A stretch of DNA of 64,000 nt from Lama glama (lineage: Eukaryota): the NCBI GenBank assembly GCA_028534125.1, contig CM052816.1, forward strand, positions 67,954,001 to 68,018,000. The letters are read 5' to 3'. Below are positions 38,380 to 51,375 of the stretch, in pieces. Each line of letters begins with the position of its first letter. Position 1 is the stretch's first letter. A program made the position numbers and the translations under genes. The notes beneath the pieces were generated by a model. That model saw nothing but the letters and a program-made list of their open reading frames with translations. It searched no databases and was not told the origin of the DNA.

Positions 38380-38984
38380 TGTATTAGTATTCTGCTGTAC
38401 ATAACAAATCACCATAAATTTAGCAGCTTAAAACAACATCCATTTTAGTAGCTCACAGTTCTATAGGTAGGAAGTCTGGCACAGCAAGACTGAGTTCTCT
38501 GTTCAGAGTATTGCAAGCCTGAAATCTGGGTGTTGGTTGGGCTGAGTTTTCGTCTGGAGGCTCTGTGGAGTGGGGGAGTCCACTTCCAAGTTCACTCTCA
38601 TTGCAATCATAGGATTGAGATCCCTGTTTCCTTGCTGGCAGTCAGAAGGGGCTTCTCTAAGCTCCTAGAGACCACTTGCATTCCTTGATCCATGGTCTTC
38701 TCCATCTTCAAGCCATAAATTATGTGTTGAATCCTTCTTATGCTTCAAATCTTTGTTGTTTTTTTGTCCATCAATCAGAACAAACTCACTCTTAATAGGC
38801 TTATATGATTAGGTCAGCCCACCCAAATAATCTCCCTATCTTGAGTTCAACAGACTTGGAATCTTAAATACATCTTCAAAATTCCTTTACAGCAGTACTC
38901 AGATTAGTGTTTGAATAACTAGGAGAAAGTATATGTACACGGGCTGGGAATCTTGGGGACCATTGTAGAATTCTGCCTACCATA
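38380..38984 (-). mobile_element. MaLR solo LTR (MLT1E-like)
   Basis: 'tgtattagt...ataacaaatcaccataaatttagcagcttaaaacaaca...agaattctgcctaccata'. Confidence 0.85.
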
Positions 38985-39323
38985 TGAGTAATCTAGGTGG
39001 AGCCAGACTCCCCAGTTTGCTTCAGTCAGAGTTGCCTCATTTTTGTGAGTTTTCTATTTTTTGCCTTTTTATAAATTTTTCAATGAAAAAACAATTATTT
39101 TGCTTAAATAATGATTTGGCTGCACCCTCTCTCCAGTCTGCCCCAAGACCTATACTAACTGCTTCATTTCACAGATGAGGAAGCTGAAGCCCAGAGAGGT
39201 TATGTTATGTCAGGGAGATCCAGTTGGTTAGCGGTGGAGTTAGAACTGCATGTCAGGTATTTTGGCTCCTGGACCACTGCTCTTTCCACAGCACCAACTG
39301 CTTTACCCTGAGAAGGCTGCTTT

Positions 39324-40034
39324 CTTTTTTTTTTTATTGAGTTATAGTCAGTTTACAATTTTGTGTCAATTTCTGTTGTATAGCACAATGCTTCAATCAT
39401 ACGTGAATATACATATATTCATTTTCATATTCTTTTTCACCATAAGCTACTACAAGATACTGAACATATTTCCCTATGCTATGCAGTATAAACTTGTTTA
39501 TCTATTTTATATATACCAGTCAGTATCTGCCAATTTCAAACACCCACTTTATCCATTCCCCCCCACCCCCAGCAACCACAAGTCTGTATTCTATGTCTGT
39601 GAGTCTGTTTCTATTTTATATATAAATTCTTTTCTTTTTTTTAAAATATATTCCACATATGAGTGGTATCATATGGTATTTTTCTTTTTCTTTCTGGCTT
39701 ACTTCACTTAGAATGATGTTCTCCAGGGCCATCCATGTTGCTGCACATGACATTATTTTACATTTTTTATGGCTGAATAGTATTCCAGTGTATAAATATA
39801 CCACAACTTCTTTATCCAGCCATCTGTCAATGGACATTTAGGTTGTTTCCATGTCTTGGCTATTGTAAATAGTGCTGCTATGAACATTGAGGTGCAAATG
39901 TCTTTTTGAATTAAGGTTCCCTCTGAATATATGCCCAGGAGTGGGATTGCTGGGTCATATGGTAAGTCTATTTTTAGTCTTTTGAGGAATCTCCATACTG
40001 TTTTCTACAATAGCTGCACCAAACTGCATTCCCA
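39324..40034 (-). mobile_element. Young 5'-truncated L1 (ORF2 end plus 3' UTR)
   Basis: Poly(T), an L1 3' end, and 16-bp TSD ctgagaaggctgcttt (39308-39323) / ctgaaaaggctgcttt (40035-40050). It sits next to a MIR (~39150-39300). Confidence 0.92.
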
Positions 40035-41776
40035 CTGAAAAGGCTGCTTTTGTCATTTTTCATCATCCCTGAATTTCACATTAACTTAGTGAGTCCTCTT
40101 TAGGATCCCTGAGAGGTAGGTCTTATTATTATTCCCTTAGGTTCTGTCTAATGCAAACTAGCACGAGTACTTATCATCTCTGGATTGGGGTACTGCGTGC
40201 AATAATTATTGACATTACTAGGAAAGTAACTTCCTGCAAAGGGATGGGTAATTACAGCTTGCATGCTTCTTAGGCACTGGGTTGCTTTTCCTGCTCAGAG
40301 TCTTTCCTTGTGCACAGTGAGTGCTCCACACAGCTCAGGAAATAACAGGAGCTGAGTTGGAGATATTGTTCCAACTCAGTCAAGAAGTGTAAGAGAACAT
40401 TGTGTTCTGTGATCTTTCTCTTAAGTCCAACCTGAGCCATACACATGAGCAGAGGCAGAGCCAGCAAGCAGCCATTGACATATTCAACTGATATTAACTC
40501 CCCAGGCATCAGTCATTCGTGGTTCTGCTGGTTAAAATGTACCCGTTAACTCTGCTTCCTGAAGAAATGGGGTGACTGAGGCAGGGAGCTTGAGCTCTTA
40601 TTTTTACCTCCCTTAGCCAAGCTAAACCCCACAGTGATATATTTTTTTCAATTGTGTTCAGTTAGCATCGGGTTAACAGCAGCAGCCAATTTGTCCTGCT
40701 TATCATTTTATAGACCTCTTATTTGCTTTCTTCCTTTATAGGGTACCTCATCAATTTACGTTTAAGCTCCTAAGACTTAACACATAGAGGGAGGAGTAGT
40801 CTACTCTGAGATAGAAAGATTGGATTGTATCTTGGGACTGTGGTTTAAAAGTCATTTGACTTTCTTCTTTGAGATTATCTTCCCTTCTATAAAATGAAGA
40901 TAAAATTAACTACTCTCTGACTACACAGTTTTTTGGATAATAGTGCTAAAGGAATTTTGCAAAATATCTATTAGTCTTCAAAGGAAGAAGCCATTTTAGT
41001 GGTCTCCACTGCAGTGTGAGTGACCTAAGTTTCTTTCATATATGTGCAAATCTGTAAGGGGGCTGATTTCTAAGATAAGCTTTCTGTTTTCACAGAAAGC
41101 CTATGTATTATAGAAACTCCGTCTCTAACTTAAGTTGACTACGGAGCCACTGCAGACATGCCTTATCATCGAGCAGTGCTGGGGACGGGGGAAGGTTGGT
41201 TTGTTAAAATCATGAACTTTCCTTTTTGTCAACATGCCAGTGTGGCTGGAACATAGTGGATGAGGAGGGGAGTGGCATGAATTGAGGTGGGAAATGTGGA
41301 TAGGAGTTTCATCTTGCAGGGTTTTGTCATGGAAGGAAGCTGGACACTGTCCAAGTGCACCGGGACACTAAGTAGTTAAAACAAATAGGTGTTCCTTTTC
41401 CTGGCAGGAGTGTGAGGGCAGGAGGCAATTTGGAGGGAATTGGGGACTCCTCTGTGTGAGAAACCTTGACAGGTTGACAAAGCTAATGTATCTACCCTCA
41501 GGCCACCAGTTGTTTGATGATACTGATCCCTCAGTCTCCTGCCACTAACTCCATGGAAGAGATGTGGTGCAAAGGGACAGGGAGAGAGACATGGTGCATG
41601 TGCCTAGAGCCTCTAAGCTGGGGTCTTTTCTTCTTACCCCCTAATGATCCCTGGGATCTCTGTAGACCTGCTTCCTACCCAAGGGGAGGAGAAGAGAGCT
41701 AAGAAGAGGTAAAGGAGGAAACCCAAATGTACCTCCCAGAGCTATTGCAAATTCTCAAGGTAAATGAGAAATCTTC

Positions 41777-42273
41777 TGTGGTAGTGAATAAATGTCTTCC
41801 CCTACCCGCGTCCCCTCCCTCCCCCACCACAAGTTGTCCACCACCTGATCCCCGGAACCTGTGAATTTGTTCCCTTATCTGGCAAAAGAGATTTTGAAGA
41901 TGTAATTAAATTAAGGACCTTGAGAGGCAGAGATTATACTGGATTATCTGAGTGGCCCCTTAATGTTATCACAAGGGTCCTTAACAGAGGGAGACAAGGA
42001 GGCCAAAGGAGAAAGTAGGAGATACTGAGGGCTGAAATGGGAGATTGGAGTGATGTGAGGAAGGAATGAAGGTAATCTTTAGAAGCTAGAAAAGGAAAGG
42101 AAATGGATTCTCCCCTAGAACTTCCAGAAGGAACCAGCTCTGCTTACACCTTGACGTTAGCCCAGTAAAGTTGATTTCAGGCTTCAGGTTTCTAAAATTA
42201 AGGGAATAAATTTGTGTTGTTTTAAGCCAATAAATTTGTGGTAATTTTTTACAGCAGCTAGGAAACTAATATA
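41777..42273 (+). mobile_element. MaLR solo LTR (MLT1C/D-like)
   Basis: 'ggcaaaagagattttgaagatgtaattaaattaaggaccttgag...ggattctcccctagaacttccagaagg...acagcagctaggaaactaatata'. Confidence 0.9.
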
Positions 42274-42349
42274 TCCCCTATCCTAGGCTTTTCCTCAGTC
42301 CCTGGCCCTTAAACTCATTCATTCTTATGAGGGCTCCCATCTTTGGGGA

Positions 42350-42575
42350 ACTAGAGTGTAGCTATTGAAGCCTCCCAAAACTGGTTCTATTCCCAGCTCA
42401 GCCACTTGTCTGCTTGGGTAGCCTTCGGTTAGTCACTGCCCCTCATTCTACTCTTCTGTAAAGTAGGGAAGATAATAATACCTACCTTCAGGGTGGTTGT
42501 AAGGCTTACAGACAATGGGGGAAGGTATCTACCATGGCCCTGACAGTTATCTACCTGGTCCTCACACATGGTATT
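42350..42575 (+). mobile_element. MIR SINE
   Basis: 'cccagctcagccactt...ctgtaaagtagggaagataataatacctaccttcagggtggttgtaagg'. Confidence 0.8.
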
Positions 42576-44183
42576 AAAAAATCCCCAGGATCAGGCAGGC
42601 AGGTTAACAGTCTTGGTTGCCAGAGGCTGGAGCATCTAGGAGTTCAGTTGAGATAGGCCAGTATTCTTTGCTGGGGGTGTGCAGGCAGAAGGCCTGGTGT
42701 GTGGTCTGTAAGCAGAGTGAACTGCCCTCCTGATACAGAGCTGTGCTCACCCCAATCTCCCTACCAGGATGCCATCCCATCATTAGCCTTGCTCAGCCAA
42801 CATGAATGTGCCAAGTCCTTCTGTACCACACCCATTCATGTGCCATGAGAAGAGGTGGGTAAGGGTGGGAAGGCCATGTGAGAGGCTCTGTATCCATATA
42901 ACCCTGGGTGCAGAACACTAAGCCGTTGGCCATATTAGGGCTTTAGTTTTCTACACTCCTGCCTGTAATGTCCTCTTCTCAGCAAACATGGGACTGTTTG
43001 TGGGAGGGGAAGGGGACTTTGTGACTCTAGCTTTGGTCCCTGAATCTGAGTGACTTCTGTGGCATTAGAAACTGAATGTGTACAGAAAGAAATTTCCCAA
43101 TGAACCGGCTGTTAACCCTTGAGACGACGTTTTGTAAAACAAAACAAGACAAACATTGTCTGAATGCCACCTGAAGAACTGACTTAAAATGAGCTTCATG
43201 TCCAGGAACATATCACCTGTCAGAAAAACAAGTGCCATATAAGGAATTCCATTAACCAGACATGGCAGGCAGGCACCCGGCACACCTTTTCCACCATGTG
43301 ACTCATCACTAGAAGGAAGCTCAGTCAGAACAAGGGCAGATTGTTCTGTTCTACCTAGCCTAAGGCTTCGGGGAGCGGAATGCACCTCTTCCACGAGACC
43401 CTCCTCATCTCTCCGGGGACATCTAGCTAATCCCTCCAAAGGCCAGTGCAAAGCTCTCCTTCTACCTTTAAAATGCAACTTCTCCATAAACTGCTCTTGG
43501 TTTGGAAAACCTAATACTACAATCTAGAATCTTGGAGTTGGGGATGTCCTTGGAGTCCATAGACTTACATAATGTTAAGCAAACTGTGCCCCAGCAGGTG
43601 ATTTGCCCAAGGTTACCTAGCTGGGCAGTGACAGATCAAGGGCTAGCTCTGAGCTCTGTTAAATTTTCCCTTGTGCTCTTGCCCTACAGAAGGCTGAGCT
43701 GTGACATTGAACCTTTTAGGCATTGATGCTAAAATGAAATGATATTTAGTTGATCAGATGAGCCAATTGTCCCCTAGCAGAGAACAGGCTGAAATAGCTG
43801 AATGTATTTTTTAAAGCTGGGGAAAGATTTGAGAAGTGAGAATAGCTGCAGAGGTGAGGGGTAGATGTGGCTTTAGCACAACCAGAACCTTCATGGCACT
43901 GTGCAGAGCCGATTTCTCCCCTTTTCCCCAAGTCTTGTCCTGAGCTTACTGAGTCAGGAGTAACAACAGACAAGCTTATGTTGTCCTTATTCTCAAGCCA
44001 TTTTCTGTTCTAATGACTAGTAAACCAGTCATATTCTACAGCTTTAAAGGTAATAGGCATAAATTCTACACTTTACAAAATTTTCAGAGGAGGAAAGAAC
44101 CTTAGGTATCATCTAGCCAACTGACTTGCTGTTCACAAATGAGCACACTGAGGCTCCAGATAGGTTAAGAGCCTTGTCTGTGG

Positions 44184-44391
44184 CAGTGCTGTCCAATAGA
44201 ATGTTCAGCATTGTTGTGAACATTCCGTCTCTGCACTGTTTGGTATGAAAACCACTAGCCTCATGTGGCTATGGAGCACCTAAAATGTGGCCAGTGCTAC
44301 TGAGGAACTAAATTTTTTATTTTATTTAATTTTAATTAATTTATATTTAAATGGCCACATGTGGCTGGTGCCTGTCATATTGGACAACGTA
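44184..44391 (+). mobile_element. Full-length MER3 MITE inserted in an antisense MIR
   Basis: 'cagtgctgtccaatagaa...ctgaggaactaaattttttattttatttaattttaattaattt...attggacaacgtag', with TSD-like gtctgtgg/gtctaagg. Confidence 0.9.
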
Positions 44392-45309
44392 GGTCTAAGG
44401 TCACAGATCTGGGATGCAACACTAGGTCTCTTTAATTTTAGATCCCTTTCTTTTTTTTTACTACTTCCACATGGAACTCCAGGTTGAAATGGATTTTTTC
44501 TGTGGAGCAAGAGACTTAAGATGCCAGCTTCCTGGACAAAGCTTCTGAGTGGGCAGTAGTGGTTGGAGGAAACTCATAAGATACCATTGGTAGGGAAGAA
44601 GATACATCTTCCTAGTATTAGAATGTATAGGCTTCCCTAGGTGGGAGACAAATAGAGAAGTTCATTTGTTCTTTCTTTAAGAAATATTGCATGTCCACTA
44701 TGTGGCAGGTGAGATCTAGCCACTGGGGACTACAATGGTTACTTGGTATATTCCCTGATTAAGTTTTCTAAAGATGAATGATAAAAAGTGCCACATGAGT
44801 TCAGAGGTGAGAGAACCATTTGTTGCTGGTGAAAGTCCCCATCTTCCTTTGGCAAACACTCCATGTCATGCTGCAGAAACACCTGCCTGTACAACTTCAC
44901 TAGGTCAGTACTGATGGAGCCTCTGCTCGCTCAGGCTCTGCATCCAGACTCTCAGGAAAACAGCACGGTTTCCTCTAGATCTAGACTGATTTCTTTGTAT
45001 GAATTCAGGCAGGAGGTATAGTAAATTCACAGCTGGGAGGATAATCACTTGGGTTGTTCCAGTTTAGTTTAGGATTAGAGTCCAAGCTCTACAGAGAATT
45101 AAGCCACAGCATTACTCTGGCATCTGCATAATGTAAACTTACTTCATTTTTTCATGGATGACAGTGAGTTCTCCATAGGCTACCTTGAGGGTAGTCACTA
45201 TTTATAGTCCTTCTTAAGGACTCTTAACATGCTTATTAATGTGTGTGTGTATGTGTGTGTACATGTGTGCACATGCACATCAGGGGAGTAATGGTTAAGA
45301 CAGTTTTTT

Positions 45310-46970
45310 TTTATCCTCATAGAACTTAAATATAGCCTAAAAGAGGCACAGATATGCAAATAACTAAAATTTGAATAAAACTGGCATAAAAGGTATGCTA
45401 CTCAGGATGAGGAAGCAATCACTCTTGCTGAATAAAATCAGAAAAAAAAATATTGACAAGGTAGCCTTGGAAGTGGCCCTTGAAACAGTCTGTCAGATGA
45501 AGATAAAGAAGCAAAGAATCAGGGAGGGGAGGAATAAGGAATAGGAAAGCTATCCTGTTTGATCAGAACATGGAGACTTCAGATTGGGCAGTAACAGAGA
45601 GCCAAAGGGAAAGGTAACCTGGTGCCTGATTATCAGATTAAGGAATTTAGACTTTACCTTATAGTCAGTAGGGAACCATTGAAAGCGTTTGAGCCCTGAC
45701 ATAATACAGTGAAGCTGAGTCATTGTCAGTCTAGTGACAGAAGGATGCATTATGGTGGGGAGAAGCTGACACTGGGAACCAGTAAACTGGTGATTTCTAT
45801 AGTCCAGGGAAGAATTTAGGTGGGTCTGAATAAGAGACAAATAGCTAGTTATTGCACAACTCTTAATCTGGTTGAATGAAGGGAGAGGATCAGAGTCAAA
45901 AATGATGCTGAAATTCCAAGCCTAAATGACCAAAAGGTTGGAGATAGCATCAAGAGAAATAAGGAAGTCAAGAGGGAAGGCTGGTTTAGGGGGAAAGCTG
46001 ACCATCCTGATAGAGATGCAAACACATCAAAATGGAAGACAGGCATTGAGGGTATATGTCAAGTTCTAGGGAGTAGTGGGGTGGAGATGTAGCTTCTTAG
46101 ACCTGAAGAGAAGGTTGTTTATGAACTAACCAAGTTTCTGAGAAGAGATGAGGGCCGAGGATAACTCTTAAGAAGTGGAGGAGACAAATGAAGGAAAGGA
46201 GGTTCAGCACAAGAACGGAAGGACAAAACACCTCAGAGCCAAGGGTGAAGAAGTGATACAGTGTGGGTTAGTCAAAAAATTTATGTATTCAGCTCCTGTT
46301 GCTGAATGACTGTTGATAAACAAAACAGACATGGTCCTTATCCTCATGGAGATTACCATCCCCTGGAAAAGATGAATCAAGTAAGCAAAGAAACTAATCA
46401 GTAATTATAAATAACACAAATGATGAAGGAAATACGCTGGATGCTGTGATGGAGGATATTAAGAGAGGGTGGCATGCATTTTTAGAGGGGTGGTTAGGGA
46501 AGACCTCTTTCAGCAGGTGTCATTTCAGCTGAGATGAGCAGGTAACAAGAACCTGGCTATGTAAGAGGGGTGGGGTGAGCTTCCCAGCAGAGGGAAGAGC
46601 ATGGCAAAGATGCTGAGATAGGAAAGAGCTTGGCAGGGTAGAGCTGATGCCAGATGACTAGGGTGACTGGAGCCTGGAAACTGAGGAGGAAGGGAACATG
46701 AGATAAAACCAGAAAGGTAGGCAGGGTCCAGATGATGTAGGCTCTGGGAATGAAATTCGGACTTTAGAGTAAGAGCGAAGTACAACACTATGAAACTGTA
46801 AACAGCTCAAAGAGAGTGAAGATTGAGAGAATATTGGATTCTGCCACAGGGATGGGATTGGTGATATTCAAGGGAGAAAGCAGACAAGAGAGATGGTGGC
46901 TGAAGTCAGTTTTCAGTGTTGAGATATTTGAAGCAGCTGGAGGCCCTCTCTTGGAAAAGTTTGGTGGTCA
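45310..46970 (-). mobile_element. Nested or fragmented L2 elements
   Basis: Purine-rich antisense L2 motifs: 'aaggaatttagactttacc...gggaaccattgaaag', 'aaaacagacatggtcctta', 'ggttagggaagacctct'. Confidence 0.75.
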
Positions 46971-47969
46971 TTACAAGGCAAGGAGACAGGACATTCTCAA
47001 GGATGCCAGCCAAGGCCCTCCTCATCTCAGACACTTAGGTAGTCATGCTAAGAGTCACAAACCAAAGCTTGTTTATATCACTGGAGCTGAAGTCATAAAG
47101 GAGAAATGGAACACTTGCCCTGCTCAAGCTGTTACTGAAGTCCCCCAGGAAGGTATAGTAGAAAGCCAGCATTCCTGTCGGAGATGAAGATGAGAGTAGG
47201 AGTCACTAGCAGGGCTGGTCAGTTTCTGGTTGAGTGGCTGGCCTTTGCAGCTTGTAGCTGATGGCAAGGCCTTCAGGCTTTGGAGATGGATTAGGAAAGC
47301 CCAGGCCTGGCTCGCCAGCTAGGGAACAGAATGTGCGATCCCGACGATCACTTCACAGTGCGCTTGACTCATAGGTGTTGACAATTGCTGTGTAATTAAA
47401 ATTATGAGGCAGCATTTCATAATACCTCTGTCAACCATATTTTGTAAAAGGCCATGAAGTTTTAATAGCTGGCTGCTTCAAGAAAGCTCTTAGCTCTTAA
47501 ATCCTAGCTGAAGTAGGCTGAGTGAGGTCTGGGTTATAATTATAAGGGTTGAGAAGTGGCTGGGAATACTATAAATTCCAGATTAAACTCACCAACATCC
47601 AAGACCTGCTCAGGGAGAAGTGCTGAGTCAACCCTATGCCTGCTGCCCTGGGTCTTTGAACTTCCTGGGACAAAGAGCAGGAACCAGGTTTCTAGTGGCG
47701 AAGGCCTTCCTTGCCTCTCCTGCAAGGCCCAGGTTTGTGTGCTGGGTTTTTTGAGTGAAGTCCAGTGAGAAATTAGTGGAAAAGGGAAGTGGGAGGCCCA
47801 GCACCTGTGCACCCTGGTCCACATGGAGCAGGATTTCTCAAGCCCTCTGTGTGTCACCATCACCACCTGGACCTTCTAATAATGCCTATGCCCTGGCCAT
47901 CTCCCTGGACCAAGCACATCAGAATCTTTATTGTGAGGCCCAAACTTCAGAAATAAAATATAAAATCTC

Positions 47970-48454
47970 TACAGTAGGCTGAATAATTTCCATCTCCACC
48001 CCCTGCAAAAGATGTCCAACATACTAATCCCTGGCACCTGTGAATGTTATTTTGCCTGGCAAAATGGACTTTGCAGATGTGACTAAATTAAGGATTTTTA
48101 GAGGAGGAGATTATCCTGGATTATCTCACAAATCACAAAGTTCCTTGTAAAAGGAAGTGTCAGAGGCTGAGAGATGGTCAGGTGACAATGAACACAGATT
48201 GGTATGACTTTGAAAGTGTAAGAAGGAGCCACAAGCCAAGGAATGTAGGCAGCCTCTAGAACCTGGAAAAGGCAGGGAAACAGACTTCCCCCAAAGTCTC
48301 CAGGAGGAGCACAGCCCTGTAAACAATTTCATTTTGACCCTTTGAAACTGATTTCGGACTTCTGTCCTTCAGAGCAGTAAGAGAACAAATTCATGGTATT
48401 TTAAGCCAGCAAGTTTGTGGTGATTTGTTACAGAAACCATAGGAAACTACTGTA
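47970..48454 (+). mobile_element. MaLR solo LTR (MLT1D-like)
   Basis: 'agtaggctgaataat...ggcaaaatggactttgcagatgtgactaaattaagg...gccaaggaatgtaggcagcctctagaa...ataggaaacta'. Confidence 0.9.
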
Positions 48455-48504
48455 ATTTCTATGGCTGATTTAATGATCAGCCAAAGTAAAGAATCAGTGA
48501 TGGG

Positions 48505-48665
48505 GAACCTTCCTGCTCAAAGTGTGGTCAAGGACTCAGCATCTGTATCATCAGGGAATTTAGGAGAAATTCAGAGTCTCAGGCCCCACCCCAGACCTAG
48601 TGCAGCAAAACCTGATTTTTACCAAGATTCCCAGATGATTTGAATACACACTGAAGTTTACATAG
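48505..48665. mobile_element. MER5A-like MITE
   Basis: 'ctcaaagtgtggtc...tctcaggccccaccccagaccta...ccaagattcccagatgatt'. Confidence 0.8.
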
Positions 48666-49064
48666 AGTGAGTAAAGAAAGGCCTACACAATGAACAGACA
48701 CTGTGTGGGCCAGATTGCCTCAGGGAGGAGGCAGCCTCTGTCACGGCAGACAGACAAGGGGCTACCACATTGATCTGAATGGTCACTTCTGTTACTAGAC
48801 TTCCCTTAGACACTTGTTAAAAATGCATCCTCCTAGGCCCAAGCCAGATTTACTGAGTCAGAAACTCTGGGATGGAGCCCAGAAATTCTCAATTTGTCCT
48901 AGATCACTAGTTCTCACCCTGGCTTAACTGGGATTTTAACCCATCCCTGTTAAGGCATCTGCTGTTCCAGGCCCTAGAGTCTGATATACCTATCTGTGCC
49001 CTAGGGCACTGCTCTCTGCATGCTTCCCCATTCATTTGCTTTCTAATTCTTAATGTTTTTGTAA

Positions 49065-49262
49065 TAATATGACTGTGTTTGAACCCTGGTTCTGCCATTA
49101 GTTGAGGGTCTTTGGGCAAATCACCTAACCTCTCTGAGACTATTTCTTCAACTGTCAAGTGGGGGTAGTTCTACTTACTTCAACGGCTATTGTGAAAATT
49201 GGAGAGATAATGTAACTCAAACACATGACCCAGTACCTCAGTGAATGACAGATATTATTAAT
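49065..49262 (+). mobile_element. MIR SINE
   Basis: 'gtttgaaccctggttctgcca...tttgggcaaatcacctaacctctctgag'. Confidence 0.85.
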
Positions 49263-49959
49263 GTAGATCATGTTATCTGTGAATGAGATCCAATCAGATA
49301 AACTAGAGGCAGTTTCAGGTCCTCCAGTATCTTTAGAGACGGTTGATGTGAGGAGAGGTCTTCTCCCTACTTGTGATGATTTTCAAGAGGTTGAGTGTAC
49401 AATCAGAAAACTTACCTGAAAATTGAAAAATAAGTAAAAGAGAATACCATGGATTCTTTTAGAGCTAGGGTTGGCTTTCTATTGTCTGGGCTATTTTACA
49501 ACCCTAGAGAAGGAGCTGCTAATAGGTTTTTGTCTGCAAGAGATACAAATAATTTCTGCCCAAAAGAAGAAATAACCTAAAAGTTTACAGTTTATGGATC
49601 TGCTCTATTGGACATTAACCAGTTTTGTACCTGACCCTGTAATCTAATCCCAATGTTGCCTATAAATATATAGCTTCTCAAATGCTCTTTGAACAGTTTT
49701 AGTTGGCAAAAATATTTGACATGTATTAATTTTGTATTTGTGTGAGAATCATTTTACCTTTTTGAAAATGATCATTTTGAAAGTATCTGCTTATATACAG
49801 TTTGTCCAAAGCTTGGCCTTTTGGTATTATCAATTTAAGGGGGAGCTGATCTGGGTTCCATGTCATAGGTTTGTTTTTCCTGTTGGAACATGCACAGGGA
49901 AAAAAAGAAAGGGAAATCTGTAGAGATAGGAGTGTTTGTACATTGACTGTAAGATGTAA

Positions 49960-50170
49960 TTTTCTCACTCCCTTCTTGACTTCTGGAGGACTTTATTCAT
50001 ATTGTAATGACAGTGTGTATATCATAGCTAGATACTTACATGTCTGCTTCCTCTAGTAAATGGTGAGTTCTTTGAAGAAAGTGATTGTGTCCCATGCATC
50101 TTAGTATTCCAGAGCCTAGCACAGAATTCAGCACTTAGAAGCAAGTAACATGTCTAATTGAAATGAACAA
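49960..50170 (+). mobile_element. L2 3' end
   Basis: 'gtgagttctttgaag...catcttagtattccagagcctagcacagaa'. Confidence 0.7.
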
Positions 50171-51189
50171 AGCTTTCCAGTTTCTTCCTACTCTACTTCC
50201 TACTCAGGAGCCATCAGCTGGGAGCAGTTGGAATGCAGAATCTCAGGCTCCCCCTCCAGACCCCACTGAATCAGAATCAGCATTTTAACAGGATCCCCAA
50301 ATGACTCTATGTACTGTTCTAGGCCATGTCAGTTTGGGGTCGGTAGCTCTGCTATTAATGATGAGTGAGATTCAGGCAAGGAAAGTTGAGATAATTGTCC
50401 CCAATTTATAGCAGTTCAGCCATGAACACAAAATTGAAATCATTGCCTCAAGAGTATTGTTTCTGAGATCAAAGTGGGACAGATTGTGCTTTCACGGAAT
50501 TTCAGATGGGTCAATAAAATCTATAACTTTTGGATGGCAGAGCCATTAAGCTTGGTTTGGCAGGAGGGATGATGCATTCTTTGGGAAAAACACTACAAGT
50601 GAAGGCCTTTCTGCCTTTCTCAGATTTAGCTGGGGCCCTCAAGCCTTTATTTAAAAGGAAGGTCTGACTCAATTTCTGTTGGCTTCAAGCCCAAAGCAAC
50701 TGGAAGCTCAGGTTATCCCTTTGTGGATATGATAGTTAATCATACAATTTAAATCTCTGTTTGTCACATCTAGAGCTTAAATTGTCAGGAATATTTGCCT
50801 AGTATCCTTAATGAGAGAGCCAAAGACAGGAAGAAAGACAAACAGAAACTTTGGGAGAGTTTCAGATTCAAAATCTTTAAAAGGAGAGGTAGTATGTTGC
50901 CTGGCTGAAATACGTGATACCCTGAAGATAAGAATCTAGAGTTATAGAACAAAGATCTTCAAAAATATTTGCAAAGAGATTTAACTTCAGTTTCCTACTG
51001 GAAAGTAATGATTTTTCTTTTTGTCTGAGCCATGCTTCATTTGTTGCTGCTAATTCCATAAACCTAACTGTAAAAAGAATGAGGGTTTTATTAACTCCCC
51101 CAATAAAGAGATTAAATAATTTAGCAACTCGATAGAACCAACATAGCAGAGTCTTACAGCTAGAGGAAGCCCTCGGAATCATTTCATCT

Positions 51190-51375
51190 AGGGTCTTCAA
51201 TCCAAATGCTTTCAGGAGCTGAGCAAGTGAAGTAAATGTGAAAAGGCAGTCAGCTGGATGGTATTAGGGGTGGTTAAGACTGTGGGAACTGGAGAGTGAG
51301 TGCTTAGAAAAGTCATTCACATTTCTAAAACAATATTGGCCAAACAGAATACATCTGTGGGTCTAAGATGGTCTA
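51190..51375. mobile_element. MER102-like hAT fragment
   Basis: 'caaatgctttcaggagctgagcaagtgaagtaaatg...ggccaaacagaatacatctgtggg'. Confidence 0.55.

Noticed and set aside
39250..39711. 153-aa hydrophobic ORF, similar to ORF 577-975
   Set aside because: Both are antisense readings of T-rich L1 3' UTR copies. The similarity reflects the shared repeat.
43065..43487. 140-aa minus-strand ORF, and other 100-135 aa ORFs (8199, 13907, 46816, 59303)
   Set aside because: No recognisable domain or exon structure. Lengths are plausible by chance in 64 kb.
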